Positions 31,145 to 40,240 of a stretch of DNA of 64,000 nucleotides are shown one piece after another (positions within the stretch are counted from its first letter, which is position 1; each line of letters opens with the position of its first letter). The DNA comes from Nitrosopumilus sp. (GTDB taxonomy: Archaea; Thermoproteota; Nitrososphaeria; Nitrososphaerales; Nitrosopumilaceae), in contig OZ245003.1 in the NCBI GenBank assembly GCA_965223425.1, positions 448,001-512,000 on the forward strand. Direction: 5' to 3'. The notes beneath the pieces are model-generated. The model made no database searches, was not told the origin of the DNA, and worked only from the letters and a program-made list of their open reading frames with translations. Made by a program: the position numbers and the translations under genes.

Positions 31145-31699
31145 ATGAGTTACAACAAGGAATTTTGGGACAGATATGCTGGAGAAAACGAAGCAAAATA
31201 CAATGAAGAGTTTGCTAAATTCACAAGAGACTTGGCTGTTTCTTTGCGATGTGCAAGTGTTCTAGAGATTGGATGTGGTACGGGAATTGATTTGAGATTG
31301 TTTCCAGATACGTTTCAAATTCATGGGGTTGATCTAAATGATAATGCCTTGAATATAGCTAGAGAAAAATTACCTGTTGCAGATTTTAAGAAGGGAGATA
31401 TTGCTAGTTTGCCATTTGAGGATTCCTCGATAGATTTTGTTTTTACACACCAGCTCTTGAACTACTTGGATGATGACACATTAGAGAGGGGAATTGCAGA
31501 GATGCACAGAATCGCAGGAAAATACATAATGAACTGTGAAAAATTTGAAGAGACAGAAAAACAGATTGATGAGAATCAAAAGTTTCGGAATATGTACAAA
31601 AGATGGCTTGACTACAAGGTAAGAATTGTAAGCAATGTGGACATGCATGAAGAGATAGATCCTGATAAAAGCAGATTCACCCTACTAAGAAAACTGTAA
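31145..31699 (+). CDS. Class I SAM-dependent methyltransferase
   Basis: VLEIGCGTG, GVD and LPFEDSSIDFVF motifs; likely start MSYNKEF. Confidence 0.9.
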   Translation: MSYNKEFWDRYAGENEAKYNEEFAKFTRDLAVSLRCASVLEIGCGTGIDLRLFPDTFQIHGVDLNDNALNIAREKLPVADFKKGDIASLPFEDSSIDFVFTHQLLNYLDDDTLERGIAEMHRIAGKYIMNCEKFEETEKQIDENQKFRNMYKRWLDYKVRIVSNVDMHEEIDPDKSRFTLLRKL

Positions 31700-31835
31700 C
31701 GTTTAGCTTTGAATTTTTGCGTATTTTACTTGCAGGGTTTTGGGCAAAATTATGGAAAAGATTGCGGGAGATTATCATGTACAGAAATTTTGCCTTGGCG
31801 TTGCTCTATAATATTTTACAGCTTGTCAAACTGGG

Positions 31836-31931
31836 CACATGCAGAGGAGCTAATTGCAAAAGGGTACAGATTTGTAGGCATACTAGCTGACAATAAGGCC
31901 GCGCTGGAAAAAACCCCGAACTCAGTGGAAG
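31836..31931 (+). pseudogene. Relic integrase C-terminal tail at the tRNA-Lys 3' end
   Basis: AEELIAKGYRFVGILADNKAALEK aligns with AEQMIMQGWIFVGALPNGKIVLKR next to tRNA-Val. Confidence 0.55.
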
Positions 31932-32005
31932 CGGGTCTAGAGGGATTCGGACCCTCGACAACCGGATTAAAAGTCCGGTGCGCTACCTGGCTGCGCCATA
32001 GACCC
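31932..32005 (-). tRNA. tRNA-Lys(TTT)
   Basis: GGGTCTATGGCGCAGCCAGG...CCGGA-CTTTTAA-TCCGG...TAGACCCG cloverleaf. Confidence 0.93.
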
Positions 32006-32101
32006 TCACGAAAATGTTTTACGTGTATAATTTAGTCTTTTACAAAAATTTTTTGTTATGACAGAAACTTTTAATCTGGCATTTTAATTCAAAGTATTTG
32101 T

Positions 32102-32179
32102 GCCCTTGTAGTATAGCCCGGTCTAGAATTCGGCCCTGTCACGGCTGAGACGCGTGTTCAAATCCCGCCGAGGGCGCCA
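32102..32179 (+). tRNA. tRNA-Asp(GTC) with encoded CCA
   Basis: GCCCTTG/CGAGGGC acceptor stem; CTGTCAC anticodon loop; TTCAAAT T-loop. Confidence 0.93.
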
Positions 32180-32245
32180 TCCTTTTCAAGCCGGCTCCCT
32201 GCACAAAAAATTACCACTTTAAATGCAGATGGAGCTTCAAGACTG

Positions 32246-33541
32246 TTGCATCAAAAAAATCATAGTGCATCCTCTAGGAAACAAACCAGGGACGATGACA
32301 TCCACAACTATGCCGGCAAGATAAGGCGGTTAAGACGAAAGCTCCCAGAGACAAGGCAGGGAGATCTGGCAGTCAGGTTCCTTGAAAAGCTAAAGGTGTC
32401 GGGGCTAAAAGACGGAAGAGTGTGCTACTATGGCGACAGGCTGACCCTTATACTGAAATTATTTAACGGACATCCCGACGGGCCGGTCATGCTGGAAGCA
32501 GCAGAAAAGCACCACTGCGAGTCAGTGCTCTCACAAATAATATCCAACGATGAATATGGGGGCGAGACCAAAAAGGCGTATGCACTTGCCCTGATGCGCT
32601 TTGTTAACTATGCAAAGACCGGTGACGTGGGGTGCCGGGAGGACGGGTATGCAGGGGAGGTATCCTGGATTAGGCCGTCAAAGTATCTCGACAAAAACGA
32701 CGTTACCGTCAAGTCAGAGGATCTGCTCACCGCAGACGAGATAACTGCGCTTTTGGGTGCAATATCTAACAAGCGCGACCGGGCCATGTACTGGGTGCTC
32801 TTCGAGGGGGCGTTTAGGACGGGTGAGCTCCTAAAGTTCAGAATCGGGGGAGTGGACTTTAGGGACGACCATGTCGTGGTGACCACCCATGGCGGCAAGA
32901 CGGGTTCGAAGAGAATACCACTGGTGCTCTCGTTCCGACCGCTACTGGAGTGGCTTGCAGAGCATCCAAACAGAAACAATCCGGACGCATTCCTTTGGTG
33001 CTCTGATGCCCCCCAAAACAAGGCCGGAAGGATTTCATACAGTTATCTGAGACGGCACCTCAAGCAATACGCCGAGAAGGCAGGAATCAAAAAGAGGATA
33101 TGGATATACCTGATGCGGCACACGCAGCTTACACAGCTTGCCAAAAAGCTCTCAGACCAGACACTCCGGGCGTACGGCAACTGGAGTCCAAGCTCCAACA
33201 TGGCGCGCAAGTACGTCCATCTCTCCGGCAAGGACATGGATGAGGCAATACTGGGGATGCATGGAATAAGATCCAAAAATGATACGAGCGGGTCGGTCAG
33301 ACTAGAGTCCTGCCCGCGATGTGACAACAAGGACACCCCTGACTCCCAGCGGTGCTCCAAGTGCGGATACATTCTGGATCGGAAGCTCCTCCCCGATGAG
33401 GCCAAGACGTACATGGAGATGGCAGACGAGATGAGGGCTGGCCTGGACCGGATAGGGGCCCTTGAGGACAAGATAGACCTGCTGTTTGCAAGACTTCTTA
33501 CTGGGGATCCCGTGGCGCCCCGGCAGCAAGACGCTCCCTGA
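32246..33541 (+). CDS. Tyrosine recombinase/integrase with C-terminal Zn ribbon
   Basis: GAFRTGE, GKTG, YLMRHT, GNW and KYVH motifs; CPRC...CSKC. Confidence 0.95.
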   Translation: MHQKNHSASSRKQTRDDDIHNYAGKIRRLRRKLPETRQGDLAVRFLEKLKVSGLKDGRVCYYGDRLTLILKLFNGHPDGPVMLEAAEKHHCESVLSQIISNDEYGGETKKAYALALMRFVNYAKTGDVGCREDGYAGEVSWIRPSKYLDKNDVTVKSEDLLTADEITALLGAISNKRDRAMYWVLFEGAFRTGELLKFRIGGVDFRDDHVVVTTHGGKTGSKRIPLVLSFRPLLEWLAEHPNRNNPDAFLWCSDAPQNKAGRISYSYLRRHLKQYAEKAGIKKRIWIYLMRHTQLTQLAKKLSDQTLRAYGNWSPSSNMARKYVHLSGKDMDEAILGMHGIRSKNDTSGSVRLESCPRCDNKDTPDSQRCSKCGYILDRKLLPDEAKTYMEMADEMRAGLDRIGALEDKIDLLFARLLTGDPVAPRQQDAP

Positions 33542-33745
33542 GTCTTGCGACCTCGCGTCTGTACTCTAAAATGGCCTGCCGGAGCTGCTCCAAGGTGCTT
33601 TTTGAGACTTGGATGTATTCTTCCATGCATGATAATTGGGAGTTCCTTAAAAGAGGTCAATCCAGGTCTGAATCAAATATGCATCCGTCTTCAAAAACCG
33701 CGAATTTGGCAGTCGGCAGTTGACTAGGCTCCTGGCAACAGTAAT

Positions 33746-34636
33746 ATGGATCGTATACCGTACATTACAGTACTTATGTTCAAAACCGGTAACCTGCACA
33801 AGTCCAGCAGAATACTCTTGAACAAGATAATTGGCGTGATAGAAGAATACGAGGAGATGGGTTACATGCTAACCGTACGACAGATCTACTACCAGCTGGT
33901 AAGCCGTCTCATAGTCAAGAACATCAACAGCATGTACCAGCGCACCAGCAAGCTCGTCACTATTGGACGGATGCTCGGCGAGATAGACTGGGATTCAATA
34001 GTGGACAGAGCTCGGACGCCGAGGATGCCCGGCCAGTACGACAGCATGGCAAAGTTTGTCGACGCAGTCAAAAACTCGTACCGCAAGTACAGGTGGAGCG
34101 ACCAAGACCACTATGTCGAGGTCATAGTCGAAAAGGACGCGCTGGCCGGAATCTTGGAGCCCGTAACCCGCAAGTATCATGTATCGCTGCTTGCCAACAA
34201 GGGGTACTCCTCTGCTAGTGCCATACACGAGCTGGCAATGAGGATGAATTACCAGAACATAAAGGACAAAGAATGCCACATCCTGTACCTCGGGGATCAC
34301 GACCCCAGCGGGATTGACATGGTGCGCGACATCAAAGATAGGCTTGCCCACTTTGAGTGCTTTCCGGAGATGGAGAGGATTGCCCTCACCATGGATCAGA
34401 TAAAGGAGTACAAACCCCCGCCAAACCCGGCCAAGATATCCGATCCACGATCAGACAAGTACCGACAGCTGTACGGCAATGAATCGTGGGAGCTTGATGC
34501 CCTCGATCCCAAGGCGCTCGTCGACCTTGTAGAGTACAACATCACAAAATACCTGGACGTGGACAAGTACAACAGGATCATACAGTTGGAGCAAGAAGAG
34601 AGGGATCATCTGGATGCCGCTGTAGCCCGCATGTAA
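33746..34636 (+). CDS. TopoVI-A/Spo11-like Toprim protein (Mini-A-like)
   Basis: TVRQIYYQL (candidate catalytic Tyr), VEKDA, GDHDPSG and ELDAL motifs. Confidence 0.8.
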   Translation: MDRIPYITVLMFKTGNLHKSSRILLNKIIGVIEEYEEMGYMLTVRQIYYQLVSRLIVKNINSMYQRTSKLVTIGRMLGEIDWDSIVDRARTPRMPGQYDSMAKFVDAVKNSYRKYRWSDQDHYVEVIVEKDALAGILEPVTRKYHVSLLANKGYSSASAIHELAMRMNYQNIKDKECHILYLGDHDPSGIDMVRDIKDRLAHFECFPEMERIALTMDQIKEYKPPPNPAKISDPRSDKYRQLYGNESWELDALDPKALVDLVEYNITKYLDVDKYNRIIQLEQEERDHLDAAVARM

Positions 34637-34668
34637 TTTGGCCTTAAATTAAAACCGATATTATACTA

Positions 34669-35502
34669 TTGATGCTGAAAATTGGACTGGATATAGGGAC
34701 GGGTTTTGTAAAGTGCGTTTCAAACAACGGCTCTGTCAGATTCCCATCAATCTATGTCAAGAGAACACATGGTGATTGGACGGGTACCGTCACCGAGGCA
34801 GTAGGCGAAAAGGCGGCAAGGATGCTTGACAGTACAGGTGCTGCCACGGTACGCCCCATCATCCGGGGCAGGCCGGATCCCCGATATCAAAAACAGGTAG
34901 AGATGCTCATCCGGGAATCCGTCTCGCGCATACGCACTTTGGCAGGCCGTAGCGCGGACTGTGACGATACGATACGTATTGCCGTGGGACTGCCATACGA
35001 GGCGTCTGACTATCGCGAGACCATATCGAAAATGGTCAAAAAGACAACCGGTGCAGAGCGATGCGATGTGGTAGCCCAGGCAGTCGGCACCCTGGTTGAT
35101 GCAGGCAAGGTCAGCGGCATGGTCGTCTCCATAGGTCAGGGAACAAGCGAGATCATAGTCATTGACGACAACCACGTAATAGACGGCGAGAGTTCCAGAT
35201 GGGCCTCAGAATTCATCACCCGCAAGATCTCAAAGTTTGCCCACCTGGATCCAAATCTTTTGCTTGCACGCAAAGACACGTGTAAAAAATACGCAAAGGT
35301 GCTGGCAGAAAATCTGGCAACAGAGATTATAGACATGGCATCAGGATACGGCAACGCATATGATCTTGTGCTGTCCGGCGGCGGTCTGCTGATACCGGGA
35401 GTCCGAGACGAGCTTGAATCCAGACTCAAAAAATTCAAGGTCGTAATACCGGATGATCCCGTCATGAGCAACGCAACGGGTCTCTACAAACTCGTCGAAT
35501 AA
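34669..35502 (+). CDS. Actin/ParM-StbA-like ATPase
   Basis: GLDIGTGFVK, GLP, SIGQGTSE, LSGGG and NATG motifs. Confidence 0.85.
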   Translation: MMLKIGLDIGTGFVKCVSNNGSVRFPSIYVKRTHGDWTGTVTEAVGEKAARMLDSTGAATVRPIIRGRPDPRYQKQVEMLIRESVSRIRTLAGRSADCDDTIRIAVGLPYEASDYRETISKMVKKTTGAERCDVVAQAVGTLVDAGKVSGMVVSIGQGTSEIIVIDDNHVIDGESSRWASEFITRKISKFAHLDPNLLLARKDTCKKYAKVLAENLATEIIDMASGYGNAYDLVLSGGGLLIPGVRDELESRLKKFKVVIPDDPVMSNATGLYKLVE

Positions 35503-35554
35503 TTTTTTTTTTTGCCAAAAAAAGTGCCTTAAATATTATTCAAATATTGCAGAC

Positions 35555-38500
35555 ATGGGATCAAAGCGATGGCACCTTGCCAACAAGAAAAAGCCTGCAG
35601 GACAGCTGGGAGAGGCAAAGCACTTTCTGGCAGCCCCTGAAAAACTGGCTGCCTGCTCGATTACGGTTCCAATAGAGATGGACAAAAAGGCGGCCATTAA
35701 TGCTGCAGGCGGTCTTACCAGTGCAGGCATACGCAGTTTTGAGATATGGTGGGACGCCTCTGAAAAGAGACTAGAGCTGGTTTTGGTGGCAGAGAAAAGC
35801 GATCTTGCCACCTACAGGCAGGCATTTTTGAACATGTATCCAAATGCGGTATTTACCGAGCTGGAGAGTACGGAACCCGGGTGGTTTGAGCGCGAGTCCG
35901 AATACCAGATATTTGACGTGGGCACGCACCATGGACACTATTCTGCAGTATTTGATCAGGCCCGAGCCCACCAGCTGATAACCCAGGTGGCAAACACCAT
36001 CCAGCTATCCAGACAGGCCTGGATACAGTTTGTATTCAAACAGCACTCGTTTGCCCCTTTTTTGAGAAGACATGTCACGCGCCTTGATGCCAAGATTCAC
36101 GAGATCAAGCGCGGCAGGTATCTTAGCAATACCGAGATTATAATGAACCCCGACAAAAAGCCCCACGAGCACCACGAGCTTGGATACGACCTTACAAACA
36201 ACTATTCCGGCCTGCAAAAACATGCGACCCTCAAGATGCAGTCGGCCCAGCTGTTGATGAGCATCAGGGGAATTGTAAAAAGCGAGCGGGACTTGGACTT
36301 GAACTTTGATGAGATAGAGGCTCTTCCCGTAGAAAACATACACTCAGGCCACGAACATCTGACTAAATTTCGATACAAGAATAAGAATTTCTGGGACGGC
36401 GAGCCCAAAAAGACTGCCGTCAAAGTGGCAGGCAGCAAGGAAAAGCCTCCCAGGATTGGAATCTTTGAGGGCAGGCTTTTACCTGATCCCGTCAAATTTC
36501 AGGACCGTGCCATTGGCAGATATTTTGACAAGGGAATGCTCGGATACAGGGAACGCGAACCCATGCCATTTCTCATACTAAACCAGTCCGAAATTCCGCT
36601 GTTTATCCACCTGCCAGAACCCGTCACACCAAACATAGACACGACCAGGGGTGTCACCATTCCCTCAAAGCCGTCAATCAAAGACGGCTCTTGTCTTGGA
36701 TTCTTTCGACCCAAAGAGGATGGCTTTGAGTGGAAAAAGATGTGGGGAAAGATTGCCAGATCCAAGGACGTGGATGCGGCAGTCATATCTACTGCAGACC
36801 TTGCCACCCACATCTATGCCGTGGGTGCGTCAGGTTCCGGCAAGACATCCCTCATCCGGGTACTCTCAAAACATCTTGAGATTTGGAACGACTCTGATGA
36901 GTTCAAAAACGCCTTCATATATGTAGACCCCAAGGGGGATGACTCTCACAAGTTCGTAAGACAGTGTGAAAAAGAATCACTGTCCAGCGGACGCATACAT
37001 TTTCTTGATCCCCAAAAGACCCGCTTTTCGATAAACCCGCTGGAGCTGCCGACCCACTCGCCCTGGGAGAGAGAGGAGGTAGTCTCCAGATATGTCGGAT
37101 ACTTTATGAAAACCATAGAGGAATGGTACCAACAGTCGGCAAGCTATGTCCAGATGGAGAGGATATTCCGGGCACTGTTATTTTACATCTACATGAAGCA
37201 TGATGCCCCCACATTTCTTGACATTCACGATATAATCCTACGGTTACAGGAAAACGGCGTCAGGGCCATGCCGCATATCATCCAGACGTTTGGTACGCCA
37301 GAGCCAGAGATGAAGCAGGCCCTGACAAGTATTGCCACTCTAAAGGGCGAGGCATTCATACCATTACTTAACAGGGTGGAGCAGTTTGCCACAGACCCGG
37401 TTCTCAGGCGCATGTTCTCTGTGAGACACGGAACAGTCGACTTTGGAGAGATAATCAAGCCCGGTCACCAGTCCATAGTCAGGATATCGCCACTTAACAT
37501 GCCCCAGCACGTCCAGCCGCTTGCCATGCAGGCCTTTATCCTGAAACTGTGGTTTACCATACAAGAGCGGGCCAACCGGGTACCAGACGAGGCAGAACGC
37601 ACACAGGTGGTTCTGGCACTAGACGAGTTCCAGATAGTAAAGGATCTCCAGGTGCTACAGCTTATGTTGGAGCAGGCAAGGTCGCTTGGTCTCGGACTGG
37701 TACTGTCTCATCAGACCACCGAGCAGATAAGTGACAAACAGCTTGGAATAATATCGGGCAACTCTGGCACACAGCTTATCGGCAAGGTAAACGGCAAGGA
37801 CGCCTCCAGAATTGCCCAGATATGGGATCCCCAGTTTCAAAAGGAACTACAGCAGCAGTTTGCCAGCCAGGAATACTTTCACTGGACTATACGGGAAAAG
37901 GCGCCCCCTGGAAAGGAGCAGCCACCCCCCGTACAGTTCTGGCTGGCCAGACCGCCGGAGCTGACCATCGATGACCACACCTATGACGAGTTTGTCAGGG
38001 CGCAGCTGGCACGGTATGGTTCCGGGTCAATAGAGCCAAACACCATAACCCAGGCCGCAAAGAAAAGGACCCAGTGGATTGAGAATATAGAGGTAGAGTT
38101 TCCAACAAAGATAGAGTGGGATATAATGCGCCTGCTCGAAGGCGGGGAGATGAGACAGGCCCAGATTGTCTCGGCCCTACACGTACAGAACCGCGACGAG
38201 GTCGCCCCCGTCCTCAAAGAGATGGAGGAGCAGGGAAGAATAGAAAGAATTGATGCCGGGCGCACATCACCGTACCAGTTGACGGCCAAGACCCAGGCAG
38301 CATATTTTGAGTTTGATCATACACAGATAGGTACCGCCCAGGACATACCCGAGGTGGCAAGAAAGGCCATCGAGGCATATCTTGCGGAGGGACTGTTTGT
38401 CGCCATGGCGTCCCAGAGGATCAAAAAAGGCAGGGACAGAACAGACCTGATAGCCTATGATTATTCAAGAGATGTGCCCATCAGCGTTGAGATAGAGTCA

Positions 38501-38674
38501 GTCAGCGAGGTGCAGAGTCATCAGGAGCACGTCAGGTACAACATGACAAAATGGCCCAAGATGGGATTCTCAGAGTGCCATGTATGGTCCAAGAGCCAGA
38601 AAATAAGGCAGATCTGGGCAGGACTGGATGAAGAGGAGAAAAAAAGAATCTCACCCATCGTCATTTCATCCTGA
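35555..38674 (+). CDS. VirD4/VirB4/HerA-like ATPase with C-terminal wHTH and PD-(D/E)xK-like region
   Basis: GASGSGKT, VDPKGD, LALDEFQ, EQARSLGLGLVLSHQ; C-terminal RTDLIAY..SVEIES; 1039 aa. Confidence 0.85.
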   Translation: MGSKRWHLANKKKPAGQLGEAKHFLAAPEKLAACSITVPIEMDKKAAINAAGGLTSAGIRSFEIWWDASEKRLELVLVAEKSDLATYRQAFLNMYPNAVFTELESTEPGWFERESEYQIFDVGTHHGHYSAVFDQARAHQLITQVANTIQLSRQAWIQFVFKQHSFAPFLRRHVTRLDAKIHEIKRGRYLSNTEIIMNPDKKPHEHHELGYDLTNNYSGLQKHATLKMQSAQLLMSIRGIVKSERDLDLNFDEIEALPVENIHSGHEHLTKFRYKNKNFWDGEPKKTAVKVAGSKEKPPRIGIFEGRLLPDPVKFQDRAIGRYFDKGMLGYREREPMPFLILNQSEIPLFIHLPEPVTPNIDTTRGVTIPSKPSIKDGSCLGFFRPKEDGFEWKKMWGKIARSKDVDAAVISTADLATHIYAVGASGSGKTSLIRVLSKHLEIWNDSDEFKNAFIYVDPKGDDSHKFVRQCEKESLSSGRIHFLDPQKTRFSINPLELPTHSPWEREEVVSRYVGYFMKTIEEWYQQSASYVQMERIFRALLFYIYMKHDAPTFLDIHDIILRLQENGVRAMPHIIQTFGTPEPEMKQALTSIATLKGEAFIPLLNRVEQFATDPVLRRMFSVRHGTVDFGEIIKPGHQSIVRISPLNMPQHVQPLAMQAFILKLWFTIQERANRVPDEAERTQVVLALDEFQIVKDLQVLQLMLEQARSLGLGLVLSHQTTEQISDKQLGIISGNSGTQLIGKVNGKDASRIAQIWDPQFQKELQQQFASQEYFHWTIREKAPPGKEQPPPVQFWLARPPELTIDDHTYDEFVRAQLARYGSGSIEPNTITQAAKKRTQWIENIEVEFPTKIEWDIMRLLEGGEMRQAQIVSALHVQNRDEVAPVLKEMEEQGRIERIDAGRTSPYQLTAKTQAAYFEFDHTQIGTAQDIPEVARKAIEAYLAEGLFVAMASQRIKKGRDRTDLIAYDYSRDVPISVEIESVSEVQSHQEHVRYNMTKWPKMGFSECHVWSKSQKIRQIWAGLDEEEKKRISPIVISS

Positions 38675-38969
38675 GCTTTTCAAGCTGGCTTTTGTTTTCC
38701 GGTTCTTTTTTCCCTAGAGCCTCTGCTAGTTCCCCGCGATATCCCGGTTCTTCTCCGTCCAGGACGGTCGAGTCTCGGTCTGCATCTGTCAGATCCTTTT
38801 TTGTAATGTTGGACTCTGTCGGCTTTATGATGATTTTGTTTTTTGATATGGCAAACCGGACGTACTGGTTTTTTCGTATGCCCAGAGCATGGACTATTTG
38901 TAGCGGGATGGTCACAGTATATGAGCCCTGGCGGAATTGTATCTTTCTCTGTATGTCTTCTAGTTCCAT
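38661..38969 (-). CDS. AbrB/MazE/SpoVT-type DNA-binding protein
   Basis: Likely start MELEDIQRKIQ; GSYTVTIP...ALGIRKNQYVRF. Confidence 0.85.
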   Translation of the reverse strand: MELEDIQRKIQFRQGSYTVTIPLQIVHALGIRKNQYVRFAISKNKIIIKPTESNITKKDLTDADRDSTVLDGEEPGYRGELAEALGKKEPENKSQLEKLRMK

Positions 38970-38985
38970 GATTGGAAATACCTGG

Positions 38986-39169
38986 ATGCATATAAGGGCA
39001 AAAAATGCATGATGTGTACTGCCAGAATGCATGATGTGTACTGGCATGTTTTTTGGATGCATGATCTGCATGAGGGAGATGCAGAATATGCATATTGGGC
39101 AATTTTCACCATGCAGGATATGCATTGTTATGATGCAGAATATGCATATGGGTCATGCATGGTATGCAT
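38986..39169. repeat. Array of ATGCAT palindromes upstream of abrB
   Basis: Nine ATGCAT in ~185 bp plus near-matches; longer repeats AATGCATGATGTGTACTG x2 and GATGCAGAATATGCATAT x2. Confidence 0.85.
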
Positions 39170-39291
39170 TTGGTATCATCTTCGGTATGGCAGCCACGCT
39201 TGAATTAACCGTCTGAACGCTTTGCATTTACCTCACAAAAACGAACAACGAACTTGTTTTGATGATTCATTCAAAGGTTCTTTTCTTCCGA

Positions 39292-39499
39292 GACTCTTGA
39301 CAGAGTCCCTCTCCCACCAGCACGAGGTTTTTTGGAAAAAACCTCTCAAGACCCAACATCCCAATCGAGCCGTGACCGGCTCGATTACTCGCACCAAAAT
39401 TACATGATTCAGGGGGCTCAAATTAATTACAATAATAGTATGATCAAAGGGGGGCTCAAATTATAATTCTCATATATGATCAAAGAGGGGCTTGTATTA
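39292..39499. promoter_or_regulatory. Candidate origin (oriV or oriT): hairpins plus three 36-bp-spaced repeats
   Basis: Inverted repeats at 39292-39307, 39324-39345 and 39363-39386; ATGAT..GGGGCT repeats at 39404, 39440 and 39476. Confidence 0.5.
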
Positions 39500-39924
39500 T
39501 TTTTTTAAATTATTTTGTGGCAGGAGATCAATTGAGTGGTATTTTTGACACCGGTTCTGGTAAATTCCTGTGATCTGATCACTAAAATCTACCAGATCCA
39601 AATTTGAGGTGTATTTAAAGCCCCTGAAAAATCCCAGAGTTCCCCGTTAGCGGTTAGTTACCTGTAATGTGGAAACTTTGCCCATTGGCATGTTGATCGT
39701 CATTTGATTCTCTGTCTGACTCTAGGCATGACTTTTGTAGACTTTGTAGACTTTGAGCCACATCTGTCTGACTCTTGGCTACTTTGTCTACTTGGACTCT
39801 CCTGTCCTTTTTCATTGCCTCTAGACCTCTTAACGTAGTCCTTGTACCAATTCACATACGATTCTTAACGGAACCCAACAGCATATGACTAAAACTTGAA
39901 AAGTATTACCAACCACCTAATGAT

Positions 39925-40056
39925 ATGGACAGGGAGGGAACCAACAGACGAGTCGGCCCATGTGAGTCGTGTGGACATGAAAAATGGATCTATGACTTTG
40001 ACGATGATATAGAAGGGTATTGTACCATGTGTTATCGTGAGATCTATGAGAGTTAA
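39925..40056 (+). CDS. Small zinc-finger protein (not in ORF track)
   Basis: MDREGTNRRVGPCESCGHEKW...GYCTMCYREIYES, 43 aa, two CxxC. Confidence 0.5.
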   Translation: MDREGTNRRVGPCESCGHEKWIYDFDDDIEGYCTMCYREIYES

Positions 40057-40094
40057 TCCGGCCATCAAATGTGACCCATATGGAAGCACCCAAA

Positions 40095-40210
40095 TATTGA
40101 AAAAAATTCACTTAAATCACAAATGATTTTACTATGATATATTGGGCATGCCAGAGAGAAGTCAGATTACAAAGGGATCCCGTGTATTAATCGAGACAAA
40201 GGAGAACCAG
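40095..40210 (+). repeat. Direct repeat copy 1 (promoter plus 5' end of the YwbE-like gene)
   Basis: ~116 bp highly similar to 41803-41920, ending ATTACAAAGGGATCCCGTGTATTAATCGAGACAAAGGAGAACCAG in both. Confidence 0.9.
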
Positions 40211-40240
40211 TCCTTGATATTTCTACACAACAAAATCATT

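Noticed and set aside
31709-32035. 108-aa ORF as a real gene
   Set aside because: It runs antisense through tRNA-Lys; only a short integrase-tail-like segment looks meaningful.
32152-32168. tRNA-Asp as a pseudogene because of a T-stem mismatch (GCGTG/CCCGC)
   Set aside because: Only a single mismatch, with all other arms and the CCA intact; not enough evidence.
33746-34636. Wadjet JetD or housekeeping topoisomerase VI subunit A
   Set aside because: No jetABC/SMC genes or top6B next to it, and it sits in an MGE backbone.
38680-39216. Met/His/Cys-rich ORFs (38680-39102, 39009-39203, 39031-39216 and the 5' extension of 38661-39125)
   Set aside because: Their composition is a by-product of the ATGCAT array; the AbrB-like domain starts at 38969.
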